Part shown: piece by piece, positions 36,383 to 45,448 of the stretch
How positions within the stretch are numbered: position 1 is the first letter of the stretch
Layout: each line of letters opens with the position of its first letter
Assembly: GCA_035708865.1 (NCBI GenBank)
Contig: DASTFF010000017.1
Location: 5,952-69,951 of the forward strand
Length of the DNA: 64,000 bases
Direction of reading: 5' to 3'
Source of the DNA: Gemmatimonadota bacterium
GTDB lineage: Bacteria; Gemmatimonadota; Gemmatimonadetes; JACCXV01; JAHWKZ01
Translations under genes and position numbers: made by a program
Notes under the pieces: generated by a model
The model's database searches: none
What the model was told of the DNA's origin: nothing
The model's input: the letters and a program-made list of their open reading frames with translations, nothing else

Positions 36383-37397
36383 GCGGCGGTCTCTGGCGGC
36401 GGTCATCCTGGCGGCCGGCGAGGGGAAGCGGATGCGCTCGTCGCTGGTGAAGGTCCTCCATCCGCTGGCCGGCCGGACGATGATCCGCCACGTCGTGGAC
36501 GCCGTCCGTGAGACAGGCGCGGAGCGGGTCGTCTGCGTGGTCGGCCACCAGCACGACCGTGTACGCGACGCGCTCGACGGCGCGGACGTCGCATGGGCGC
36601 TCCAGGAGGAACCGCTGGGAACCGGGCACGCGCTGCTCGCGGCGGCGTCTTCCCTCGACGACTACGAGGGCGACGTCCTAGTCTGCTGCGGCGACACGCC
36701 GCTGCTGACCGCTGCGACGCTGAAGAACGTCGTCGCGACGCACCGCGAGACGGACGCCCTGGCGACCGTGCTGGCGGCCGTTTTCGACGATCCGACCGGG
36801 TACGGGCGGGTGGTGACCGACGGGGAAGGACGCGTCCGCCGGATCGTGGAGGAGACCGACGCCGACGCTCAGATCCGGGCCATCCGGCGCATCAACACCG
36901 GGGTCTTCTGCTTCCGGTGGCCGGAGGTTTGGGAGGGTCTCGAGCGGCTCGCCCCCGACAACGTGCAGGGGGAGCGCTACCTGACCGACATCATGGAAAT
37001 CCTGGCGGCCGAGGGGGCGCCCGGCAACGTCGCCGACCTGAGCGATCCGCTGGAGGTCATGGGGGTCAACGACCGGGTGCAGCTGGCGCGGGCCGAGGCC
37101 GTGCTGCGGGACAGGATCCGGCGGCGGCTGATGATGGAGGGCGTGACCTTCATGGCGCCCGAGACCACGCTCGTCGACGCCGAGGTCGCGATCGGGCCGG
37201 ACACCGTCATCTATCCGGGGGTTGTGATCGAGGGTGGCACCAGCATCGGTCGCGAGTGTGTGATCGGGCCGTTCTCGCGGATCGTGGACGCCCACGTGGG
37301 GCGCGGTGTCGAGCTCAAGGGATGGAACCACGTCGTCCGGACGACGGTCCCGAACGGCTCGATCCTCGAGCCGTATGTGCAGCAGGGCCACGACTGA
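36372..37397 (+). CDS. glmU: GlmU-like uridylyltransferase with truncated left-handed beta-helix (341 aa)
   Basis: ILAAGEGKRMRS..KVLH, QEEPLGTGHA, CGDTP, PTGYGRVV, INTG, NVQGERYLTD, GVND; stops after a few hexapeptide repeats. Confidence 0.85.
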   Translation: MTAERRSLAAVILAAGEGKRMRSSLVKVLHPLAGRTMIRHVVDAVRETGAERVVCVVGHQHDRVRDALDGADVAWALQEEPLGTGHALLAAASSLDDYEGDVLVCCGDTPLLTAATLKNVVATHRETDALATVLAAVFDDPTGYGRVVTDGEGRVRRIVEETDADAQIRAIRRINTGVFCFRWPEVWEGLERLAPDNVQGERYLTDIMEILAAEGAPGNVADLSDPLEVMGVNDRVQLARAEAVLRDRIRRRLMMEGVTFMAPETTLVDAEVAIGPDTVIYPGVVIEGGTSIGRECVIGPFSRIVDAHVGRGVELKGWNHVVRTTVPNGSILEPYVQQGHD

Positions 37398-38001
37398 GAT
37401 CGAGCTCGCCCGCGAGGTGGCGGGCATGCTCGCCACGGCGGAGGGGGAGGCAGGCCCCCGCCTCGCGCACGTGCGGGGCGTGGTCGAGACCGTGCGGCGG
37501 CTCGCCGGGGCCGGCGGCTGGCCGGCAGCGGTCCGCGATGGGGCGGTCCGGGCGGCCTGGATCCACGACGCCCTCCGGCTGGAGTCTCCGGAGCGGCTTC
37601 GCGAGCGGATCATCGAGGCCGGAGAAGAGCCCGACCCCTGGGCGCTGGCCCATGCGCCCAAGCTCCTCCACGCCCAGGCCGCGGCCGGGTGGGCGGCCGC
37701 CCGGGCCGAGAGCGACCCCGAGGTGCTGGCGGCCGTCCGCCATCATCCGACCGCCCATCCCGGCTGGGGCCCGATCGGGCTCCTCCTCTACGTGGCCGAC
37801 TTCAGCGAGCCCGGCCGCCCGTTCGCGGCGCGCCTCGACACCCGGCGGATCCGGAGCCTGGCCGGATCCGGGGAGCCCGGGCTCGCCGAAGCGGCGCGCC
37901 GCGTGCTCGGGCTGAGGATGGCGCGCGACCTCACCGAGGGGCGCGAGATCCATCCCCTCACCAGCGCCGCCTGGCGGCGCTGGTTCCCGAGGGAGCCATG
38001 A
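37375..38001 (+). CDS. HD-domain hydrolase, YqeK (Ap4A hydrolase)-like
   Basis: RLAHVRGV, WIHD, LLHA..AA, VRHHPT, YVADFSEPGR. Start ATG 37375 or ATG 37426. Confidence 0.82.
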   Translation: MCSRATTEIELAREVAGMLATAEGEAGPRLAHVRGVVETVRRLAGAGGWPAAVRDGAVRAAWIHDALRLESPERLRERIIEAGEEPDPWALAHAPKLLHAQAAAGWAAARAESDPEVLAAVRHHPTAHPGWGPIGLLLYVADFSEPGRPFAARLDTRRIRSLAGSGEPGLAEAARRVLGLRMARDLTEGREIHPLTSAAWRRWFPREP

Positions 38002-38543
38002 TGCTGCGCCGCACGGTAGGGTGCCTCGAGACCTTCGGGATCGCCGTCTTCGCGCTGGTGATCGGGGCCTTCGCGGCGTCCACCGTGATGCGCCACGTGG
38101 ACCGCGCCGGGACGCTCGAGGTCGAGTCCGGGGCCACCGATCCGGCACCCCCGTTCGCGCGCTCCCGCATCCGGGTCGAGGTACGGAACGGCTCGGGGAA
38201 GGCGGGCGCGGCCGAGCGCGTGACCGAGCTTCTGCGTCGCCGCGGCTTCGACGTCGTCGACTTCGGCAACGCCGACCGTTTCGATTACGAGCGCACGGTG
38301 GTTCTGGACCGCATCGGTCGTCCGGAATACGCGCGCGAGGTGGCGGCGGCGTTCCTGGGGCTTCCGATCCGGTCGGCCCCCGATTCGAGCCTCTACCTCG
38401 ACGTCACCGTCCGGATCGGGCGCGATCTAGAAGTCGTCCTCGACCGCGCCGGGGAGGAGACCCCCGACGGCGAGGGGTGGCGCGGTTGGCTGGACCGGAT
38501 CCCCGGCCTGGACCGGATCCCGGGTCTGGATCGCTTGCGGTAG
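37998..38543 (+). CDS. LytR C-terminal domain membrane protein
   Basis: N-terminal TM; RVEVRNGSG.AG.A..V..LLR.RGFDV..FGNA, DVTV.IG.D. Confidence 0.88.
   Translation: MMLRRTVGCLETFGIAVFALVIGAFAASTVMRHVDRAGTLEVESGATDPAPPFARSRIRVEVRNGSGKAGAAERVTELLRRRGFDVVDFGNADRFDYERTVVLDRIGRPEYAREVAAAFLGLPIRSAPDSSLYLDVTVRIGRDLEVVLDRAGEETPDGEGWRGWLDRIPGLDRIPGLDRLR
38490..38534 (+). repeat. 18-bp tandem repeat x2.5 encoding LDRIPG-LDRIPG-LDR
   Basis: CTGGACCGGATCCCCGGC / CTGGACCGGATCCCGGGT / CTGGATCGC. Confidence 0.85.
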
Positions 38544-38563
38544 GCAGGGGCCAGGGCTAGAAT
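38535..38563 (+). promoter_or_regulatory. Promoter candidate for the dksA-like gene
   Basis: TTGCGG (38535-38540), N17, TAGAAT (38558-38563). Confidence 0.65.
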
Positions 38564-38595
38564 GGCGCCCCTTCCAACCTTCGTCCGGAGCCCGA

Positions 38596-39234
38596 ATGGC
38601 GACCAGGAAGTCCAGCGGCAAGACCTCGAAGAGGACCTCGAAGAAAAAGGCCGGGAAGAAGAAGCCCCGGTCGTCGAAGTCCCGACGCTCTGCGGCGGGC
38701 AAGTCCTCGAAGAAGAAGGCCGCCAGGAAGAAGGCCGGTAAGAAGAAGGCCGGTAAGAAGAAGGCCGCCCGGAAGCCGGCACGGCGCGCGGCGTCCCGGA
38801 AGACCGCCGGAAAGAAGGCTGCGAAGAAGAAGGCCGCGAAGAAGAAGTCGCCCGCTCGCGCGGCCGGCCGAAGGCCGCCGAAGAAGAGCGCGCGAGGCCC
38901 CCGTCGCGACAAGGCGTTCTTCGACCACTTCCGGACCCGCCTGCTGGAGGAGCGGGAGCGGATCACGCGCCGGCTGGATGGATTGCGGGAGGAGCTGAGC
39001 GGCCTGCAGGAGCAGCCCCGGGAGCTCGAGGAGTGGGCCCAGGAAGAGAAGGACCGCGACATCCTGATCCGTCTCGAGGAGCGCGAGGCGGCCGAGCTGC
39101 GGCGGATCCAGGCCGCGCTCGAGCGGATCGACGAGGGGACCTACGGCCTGTGCCAGATCTGCGGTCGCACGATCCCGCGCGACCGCCTCGAGGAACTGCC
39201 GACGGCTTTCCGCTGCGTCGAGCACTCGGGCTGA
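38596..39234 (+). CDS. TraR/DksA family protein with Lys/Ala-rich N-terminal extension
   Basis: C-terminal IQAALERIDEGTYGLCQICGRTIPRDRLE.LP.A.RCVEH; about 110 aa of KKKAA-type low complexity upstream. Confidence 0.88.
   Translation: MATRKSSGKTSKRTSKKKAGKKKPRSSKSRRSAAGKSSKKKAARKKAGKKKAGKKKAARKPARRAASRKTAGKKAAKKKAAKKKSPARAAGRRPPKKSARGPRRDKAFFDHFRTRLLEERERITRRLDGLREELSGLQEQPRELEEWAQEEKDRDILIRLEEREAAELRRIQAALERIDEGTYGLCQICGRTIPRDRLEELPTAFRCVEHSG
38710..38770 (+). repeat. 15-bp coding tandem repeat (KKAGK units)
   Basis: AAGAAGGCCGGTAAG twice exactly (38728-38757), with degenerate flanking copies. Confidence 0.85.
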
Positions 39235-39247
39235 GCGACCGCTAAAG

Positions 39248-40216
39248 ATGGTCCGGGTGTTCCGTTTCTCGCCCGACGGGAGCATCCGGAGGTTCGACGA
39301 GCTGACGGCGGCGGGCTGGGACCCGGACGGCGAGGACTCGGTCTGGGTGGATCTCGCGGCCCCGAGCGACCGGGAGCTGACCATCCTGGCGGACCCGTTT
39401 CGCTTCCATCCCCTGGCCATCGAGGATTGCCTCACCCCCGAGCACCAGCCCAAGGTCGAGGACTTCGGCGGCACCCTCTTCCTGATCTTCCGCGGCATCG
39501 ACTCCAACCCGCAAGCGACCGGATTCCAGACCCTCAAGCTGGCCGCCTTCCTGGGCTCCAACTACCTGGTAACGTACCACCGGCGTCCGCTGCGCAGCGT
39601 CGAATCGGTGGTCGAGCGCTACGACCAGGAATCGGGCAGCGGGCTCTTCCGGGGCGTGGATCATCTCCTGTACGAGATCCTGGACCACCTCATCGAGCAT
39701 TACTTCCCGGTGCTCGAGAACCTGGAGGACGAAATCGATGCCATCGAGGTCCAGCTCCTGGGTGACTGCGGGCCGGAGACACTGGAGCGGATCCTCGCGA
39801 GCAAGCGGCGCGTCCAGGAGATCAAGCGGGCGCTAGCGCCGCATCGCGAGGTCTTCACCCGCATCGGACGCGAGACGTTCCCGATGCTCGCGCCGCAGAG
39901 CGCGGTCTTCTACCGCGACCTGTTCGACTCCACGGTACGGCTGAACGAGACCGCCGACTCGTACCGCGACCTTCTGACCACCCTGTTCGACGCCTACATT
40001 TCCGTCGTGAGCCAGCGACTCAACGAGGTGATGAAGGTGCTCACCGTGTTCGCCACGATCCTCCTGCCCCTCACCTTCATCGTCGGCGTCTACGGGATGA
40101 ACTTCGATCACATGCCGGAGCTCCACTGGCGCTACGGCTACTTCGGCGTGTGGGGCGTGATCCTGGCGGTCGCCGGGGGGATGCTGTGGTCCTTCCGGAG
40201 GCGCGGGTGGATCTGA
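39248..40216 (+). CDS. corA: Magnesium/cobalt transporter CorA
   Basis: WVDL..P, FHPLAIED, QPKVE, LNEVMKVLT, YGMNF..MPEL.W.YGY. Confidence 0.95.
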   Translation: MVRVFRFSPDGSIRRFDELTAAGWDPDGEDSVWVDLAAPSDRELTILADPFRFHPLAIEDCLTPEHQPKVEDFGGTLFLIFRGIDSNPQATGFQTLKLAAFLGSNYLVTYHRRPLRSVESVVERYDQESGSGLFRGVDHLLYEILDHLIEHYFPVLENLEDEIDAIEVQLLGDCGPETLERILASKRRVQEIKRALAPHREVFTRIGRETFPMLAPQSAVFYRDLFDSTVRLNETADSYRDLLTTLFDAYISVVSQRLNEVMKVLTVFATILLPLTFIVGVYGMNFDHMPELHWRYGYFGVWGVILAVAGGMLWSFRRRGWI

Positions 40217-42753
40217 TGGCTATCGCGCGCGGCCTGGCGGCCGCCGCGCTGCTGGCCGGCTGGGCGACGACCGCGTCCGGCCAGACCTTCCCGGCCGGGC
40301 CCGGGCCGTACAGCCCTGTAATCCCCACCATCGCCGAGCTTCGCGGCGGGCCGACGGGAGCCACCTTCACGACCGCCTCGGATGCCGTCCGGATCCTCGA
40401 GCGGCTGGCCACGACCTCCCCGAGGGTCGTTCTCGACAGGTACGGGACGACCCCCGAAGGGCGGCCCCTCGTACTGGCCTGGATCTCCGCGCCCGGAAAC
40501 CTGGCGCGTCTGGACGAGCTCAGGGCGGCCAACGCAGCGCTGGCGTCGGGCGGGCCCGCGCCCCCCGGTTCCGCCGCGGCCCCGCTCTTCGTCTGGTTCG
40601 CGTTCGGCGTCCACGGTGATGAGCCGGCCGGCCCCGAGGCCGCGCTCGAGCTCGCCTATCATCTCGCGGCCAACCTCGATCCGGTCACCACCGCGTGGCT
40701 CGAGCACGTGGTGGTGGCCATCGACCCGCTGCAGAACCCGGACGGTCATGCCCGCTACGTCGACGCCTATCGCGCCCGCTCCGGCCCGACGCCGGACCCC
40801 GATCCGCGGGCCCCCGAGCATCGGCCCTCCTGGCCCACCGGCCGCACCAACGCCCTGCTGTTCGACCTGAATCGGGATTGGGCGTGGGGGATCATGCCCG
40901 AGACCCGGGCGCGCTGGAAGGCGTACCTGGAGACCCTGCCCCAGGTGGTCGTCGACTTCCACGAGATGGATGCCGGCTCGACGTACTTCTTCTTCCCGCC
41001 GGCCGAGCCGATCCACCGCCATCTGCCCGCCAGCACGCTGGCCTGGGCGGAGAGGTTCGGGCGCGCCAACGCGGCCGCCTTCCGGAGCCGGGGGTGGGCC
41101 TACTACACCCGGCGCGACTTCGACCTCCTCTATCCCGGCTATGCCGACGCGTGGTCGAGCTTCCACGGCGCGACCGGGATGACGTACGAGCAGGCCGGGG
41201 GCGGCCGGGCCGGGATCGCCCTCGAGGTCCGCGGCGGCGTGCTGACGCTGGAGCAGCGGATCGAGCACCACCTCCAGGCGGCCCTGGCGACCCTCGCCGA
41301 GGCGGCCGAGCGGCGGGGAGAGCGGCGGGCCGACTTCGCGCGGTTCTGGGGACCCGCCGGGCGGGTTCCCGCCGGCGCCCATTCCTTCTATCTCATTGCC
41401 CCAGGTCCCGGCGCCCACGGGGTGGCGGCACTCCTCGAAGCGCAGGGCGTCCGGGTCGAGGCCACGACCGGACCGGTCGAGAGCGAGGACGTCGTGCCGC
41501 TTCCAGGCTCGGTACGTCCCGCCGCCGGGCTCCCGGCCGGGACCCTGGTCGTCCCGTCGGACCAGCCTCTCGGACGGTTCGCGGTCGCCATGCTCGATCC
41601 GGACACGCTGACCGGGTCGTCCACCTCCGACGTCTCGGCATGGGCGCTTCCGCTGCTCTTCGACGTGCCGGCCTACGCGGCCGGCCCGGGGCTGACGGTG
41701 GCACGCCGGCCCTGGCACAGGAAGAAGGCGGTCCCGCCGGCGGTCCCCGCCGACGTCACCGCGCTGGCGTGGCCGTACGGATCGCTGACCGACGCCCTGG
41801 CGGCCCTGCGGCTGGCCGGGGGCGGCGAAGCCGTGTGGGTGACCGGGAGCCCGATCGCAGCGGGAGACGATCTCCTCCCGCGCGGGAGCTTCATCTTGAG
41901 CGTGGGCCGCGAGCGGGCTGCCGGCGCGCTGCGCCTGCTGGCCCGGCTCGGGGTGGAGCCCCGGATCGTGACGGCCCCGATCGGGGAGGGGGCCCGCCTC
42001 CGAGCGCTCCGGCCGCCCCGGGTCGCGGTGGTGGGCGGCGAGCCGGTCCTGGAGACTTCGCTCGGGGCGGTCCGCCATCTCCTCGGCCGGTCGGGCGTCC
42101 ATGCGCACACGATCGAGGCCGGGGAGCTGGTGGGGGCGGACCTCGCGGCGTGGGACGTGATCGTGCTGCCCGACGGCGTCGACGTCGACCGTTACTCCCG
42201 GCGGCTCGAGCCGGCCGGACCCCGTCTCGAGGAATGGGTCGAGGCCGGGGGCACGCTAGTCGGCGTCCGCGCAGGGGCGGCGGCGCTGGCGGTCGGCCGC
42301 GGTGGCGAGGGGCTGGACCTGGGCGCGGCCGTCAAGCCGCCACGGGGTGGGCGGCCGGCCGGCCGGGGCCGGGCCGCCGACCCCATGCAGGGCGGGGTCC
42401 CGGGAGTCCTCATGACCGTCAGGGCCGATCCCGCCGACCCGCTCGGGCAAGGTTTCCCGGACGGGGAGGCGACGGTGATGGCGTGGGATCCGATCCTCCT
42501 GGAGCGCTCGGGAGGCGACCCCGTCTGGAGCTTCACCGGGGCCCCGCCCAGGGCCGGCCTGCTGCCGGCGGACGCGGGCCGGCTCCTCGCCGGACGGCCC
42601 TACGTTCTGGTCCGCGAACGGGGGCGCGGTCGGGTCGTCCTGTTCGCCGACGATCCGGGCTTTCGCGGCATGCTCCCAGGGCTCGAGAAGCTCTATCTGA
42701 ACGCCACCGCCCTGCAGCCCGCCCTGCGGACCGGAGCGGACCCGGCGCAGTGA
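40216..42753 (+). CDS. M14 family zinc carboxypeptidase (secreted)
   Basis: Signal peptide; GVHGDEPAG (HxxE), NPDG, DLNRDW, VDFHEM; C-terminal GATase-like domain. Confidence 0.9.
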   Translation: MAIARGLAAAALLAGWATTASGQTFPAGPGPYSPVIPTIAELRGGPTGATFTTASDAVRILERLATTSPRVVLDRYGTTPEGRPLVLAWISAPGNLARLDELRAANAALASGGPAPPGSAAAPLFVWFAFGVHGDEPAGPEAALELAYHLAANLDPVTTAWLEHVVVAIDPLQNPDGHARYVDAYRARSGPTPDPDPRAPEHRPSWPTGRTNALLFDLNRDWAWGIMPETRARWKAYLETLPQVVVDFHEMDAGSTYFFFPPAEPIHRHLPASTLAWAERFGRANAAAFRSRGWAYYTRRDFDLLYPGYADAWSSFHGATGMTYEQAGGGRAGIALEVRGGVLTLEQRIEHHLQAALATLAEAAERRGERRADFARFWGPAGRVPAGAHSFYLIAPGPGAHGVAALLEAQGVRVEATTGPVESEDVVPLPGSVRPAAGLPAGTLVVPSDQPLGRFAVAMLDPDTLTGSSTSDVSAWALPLLFDVPAYAAGPGLTVARRPWHRKKAVPPAVPADVTALAWPYGSLTDALAALRLAGGGEAVWVTGSPIAAGDDLLPRGSFILSVGRERAAGALRLLARLGVEPRIVTAPIGEGARLRALRPPRVAVVGGEPVLETSLGAVRHLLGRSGVHAHTIEAGELVGADLAAWDVIVLPDGVDVDRYSRRLEPAGPRLEEWVEAGGTLVGVRAGAAALAVGRGGEGLDLGAAVKPPRGGRPAGRGRAADPMQGGVPGVLMTVRADPADPLGQGFPDGEATVMAWDPILLERSGGDPVWSFTGAPPRAGLLPADAGRLLAGRPYVLVRERGRGRVVLFADDPGFRGMLPGLEKLYLNATALQPALRTGADPAQ

Positions 42754-43466
42754 CCCGGCGTGTTCTGGCCATCGACGGTCCGGCCGGAAGCGGCAAGTCC
42801 ACGACCGCCCGCGAGGCGGCGCTCCGGCTGGAGTGGCCGTACGTCGACAGCGGGGCGTTCTACCGGGCGGCGGCCCTGCTGTCGCTGCGCCACGGCCTGG
42901 ATCTCTCGCGGCCGGAGGATCGGGCCGACTTGAGGCGCCGGCTCGGGGCCGTGGAGATCGGGCTGCGGATGGTGGGCGGCACCCTCCACGTCACCCTGGA
43001 CGGCGAGGACGTCACCCACGAGATCCGCTCGCGCGCGGTGACGCGCGCGGTCTCGGCGGTCGCCGCCGACGCCGAGCTGCGCCGGATCATCAACGCCGCG
43101 ATCCGGTCGCGCGTCGGCGAGGGCCCGGCGGTCGTGGACGGCCGTGACATCGGAACGACGGTCTTTCCCGACGCCTTCCTCAAGGTGTACGTGGAGGCGA
43201 CGCTGCCCGAGCGTGCGCGGCGGAGGGCGCTGGAGGCCGAGGGTTCGGAGCGAGCCGCCGATCCTGCGGTCCTGGCGAGCTACGAGCAGAGCCTGGCCGG
43301 TCGGGACCGCGCCGACAGCGAGCGCGCGGAGGCCCCGCTCACGGTGGCCCCGGACGCGATCCGGCTCGACACCACCGACCTGGGGGTGGAGACCCAGGTG
43401 GCGAGAGTCCTGGCCCTGGTCCGGTCCCGTTCGCTTGACAGTCCCTCGAATGAGCGGGTAAGTTAG
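42750..43466 (+). CDS. cmk: Cytidylate kinase
   Basis: AIDGPAGSGKST, DSGAFYRA, VS.VAA, DGRDIGTTVFPDA.LKVY, RDRAD..R..APL; GTGA overlap. Confidence 0.96.
   Translation: MTRRVLAIDGPAGSGKSTTAREAALRLEWPYVDSGAFYRAAALLSLRHGLDLSRPEDRADLRRRLGAVEIGLRMVGGTLHVTLDGEDVTHEIRSRAVTRAVSAVAADAELRRIINAAIRSRVGEGPAVVDGRDIGTTVFPDAFLKVYVEATLPERARRRALEAEGSERAADPAVLASYEQSLAGRDRADSERAEAPLTVAPDAIRLDTTDLGVETQVARVLALVRSRSLDSPSNERVS
43435..43464 (+). promoter_or_regulatory. rpsA promoter candidate inside the cmk 3' end
   Basis: TTGACA (43435-43440), N18, TAAGTT (43459-43464), then an AT-rich leader. Confidence 0.65.
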
Positions 43467-43530
43467 TTAGTCTGATCATTTTCCAACACTTTTCGATGGA
43501 TTCGATCGCGAGCCTTGGAACCCGTACGCC

Positions 43531-45435
43531 ATGACCGAGCCTGACGAGAACCCCATAACCATGGATGATACCGTAGTCCTCGAGAACACGGTCAAGAAGG
43601 CCGCTCCAGGCGTTACCGGCCTGAATTTCGACCGCAAGCCCGTGGACGAGCTCCTCGACGAGGAGATCGAGCGCGCCTCGAGCAGCGTCAACATCCGTCC
43701 GGACCTGTTCGACGAGGAGGAGTACTCGCTGGACGAGTACGAGGCCCTCCTCGACGTCTACGAAGAATCGATTCAGGACATCCGCGAAGGTCAGATCGTG
43801 ACTGGCCACATCCTGCGGGTGGACGAGAACGTGGTCGTCCTCGACATCGGGTTCAAGAGCGAGGGTGCCGTCCCGCGGGACGAGTTCAAGGAGACCGAGT
43901 CGCTCGAGGTGGGAGCCGAGGTCGACGTGTTCCTCGAGAACCTGGAGGACCAGGACGGGCGGGTGGTCCTCTCCAAGAAAAAGGCCGACTTCTACAAGGT
44001 CTGGGACAAGATCCGTCAGGCTTACGAGACCGGCGAGATCGTCCAGGGCCGGCTGGCGCGCAAGATCAAGGGCGGCGTGATCGTCGACCTCTTCGGGGTC
44101 GATGCCTTCCTCCCCGGATCGCAGATCGCTCTCCGGCGCGTGCCCGACATCGACGCGCTGATCGGGCAGACCATGGAGTTCAAGATCATCAAGCTCAACA
44201 AGCGGCGGCGGAACATCGTAGTGAGCCGGCGCATGATCCTGGAGCAGATCCGCGAGCAGAAGCGCGGCCGGCTGCTCGAGGAGATCGCGGTCGGACAGAC
44301 CCGCAAGGGCGTGGTCAAGAACATCACCGACTTCGGCGCTTTCATCGATCTGGGCGGGGCGGACGGGCTGCTCCACATCACCGACATGTCGTGGGGCCGG
44401 GTCGGGCATCCGTCCGAGCTGGCGACGATCGGCGAGGAGGTGGAGGTCAAGATCCTGGATCTCGATCTACAGAACAACCGGATCTCGCTCGGCCTCAAGC
44501 AGCTCCAGCCGTACCCGTGGGAGGACGTCGCCCACAAGCACCCGGTCGGATCACGGATCAGGGGTCGCGTCGTCTCGATCACGAACTACGGGGCGTTCGT
44601 CGAGCTCGAGCCCGGGGTCGAGGGCCTGGTCCACATCTCCGAGATGTCCTGGACGCGCCACATCAAACACCCCTCCAAGCTGGTTTCCATCGGCGATGAG
44701 ATCGAAGCCGTGGTCCTCAACGTCAACGAGGAAGAGGAAAAGATCTCTCTCGGCATGAAGCAGATCGAGGAAGACCCCTGGCAGAGCCTGGCGGAGAAGT
44801 ATCCGCCGGCGACGGTGGTCTCCGGAAAGGTCCGGAACCTGACCTCGTTCGGCGCGTTCGTGGAGATCGAGGAGGGTATCGACGGGCTCGTCCACATCAG
44901 CGACATGTCGTGGACGCGCCGGATTCATCATCCCTCCGAGGTCGTCCGCAAGGGCGAAACGGTCAAGGTCCAGATCCTCAACATCGATACCGAGAACAAG
45001 CGCATCTCCCTGAGCATCAAGGATCTCCAGGAGAACCCGTGGGCCGAGCTCGTGGAGCGCTACTCGGTCGGCGTGGAAACCGAGGGCAAGATCGTGCGGC
45101 TCCTCGACAAGGGCGTCGTGGTGGACCTCAACGGCGACGTCGAAGGGTTCGTGCCGATCTCCCAGCTCGGCTATCGGAACCTGGAGAACCCGTCCGACAA
45201 GTTCCGCGAGGGCGACCTGCTCGTCCTGAAGGTGATCGAAGCCGATTCCGAGAACCGGCGCATCGTGCTCTCGGTCATCGACATCCCCAGCCACCGCGGT
45301 CGAGCCGACCTGGATGAGGTGGAGGCTGCGCGCGAATCCGCCGAGGCCGAACCCACGACCCAGATGGCCGACGCGCTGGCGGAGGCCGGACACGACCTCG
45401 TGGGAGAGGAGCCCGAGGAACAGGAGCGGGAGTAG
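43531..45435 (+). CDS. rpsA: 30S ribosomal protein S1
   Basis: Six S1 repeats (DIGFKSEG, AFLPGSQ, DFGAFIDLGG.DGLLHITDM, EGLVHISEM, DGLVHISDM, EGFVPISQL); acidic tail. Confidence 0.97.
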   Translation: MTEPDENPITMDDTVVLENTVKKAAPGVTGLNFDRKPVDELLDEEIERASSSVNIRPDLFDEEEYSLDEYEALLDVYEESIQDIREGQIVTGHILRVDENVVVLDIGFKSEGAVPRDEFKETESLEVGAEVDVFLENLEDQDGRVVLSKKKADFYKVWDKIRQAYETGEIVQGRLARKIKGGVIVDLFGVDAFLPGSQIALRRVPDIDALIGQTMEFKIIKLNKRRRNIVVSRRMILEQIREQKRGRLLEEIAVGQTRKGVVKNITDFGAFIDLGGADGLLHITDMSWGRVGHPSELATIGEEVEVKILDLDLQNNRISLGLKQLQPYPWEDVAHKHPVGSRIRGRVVSITNYGAFVELEPGVEGLVHISEMSWTRHIKHPSKLVSIGDEIEAVVLNVNEEEEKISLGMKQIEEDPWQSLAEKYPPATVVSGKVRNLTSFGAFVEIEEGIDGLVHISDMSWTRRIHHPSEVVRKGETVKVQILNIDTENKRISLSIKDLQENPWAELVERYSVGVETEGKIVRLLDKGVVVDLNGDVEGFVPISQLGYRNLENPSDKFREGDLLVLKVIEADSENRRIVLSVIDIPSHRGRADLDEVEAARESAEAEPTTQMADALAEAGHDLVGEEPEEQERE

Positions 45436-45448
45436 CGCCAGTCGCCTC

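Noticed and set aside
38596-38900. Repeats as a possible CRISPR or intergenic repeat array
   Set aside because: In-frame coding low complexity with no spacers and no cas genes in the window.
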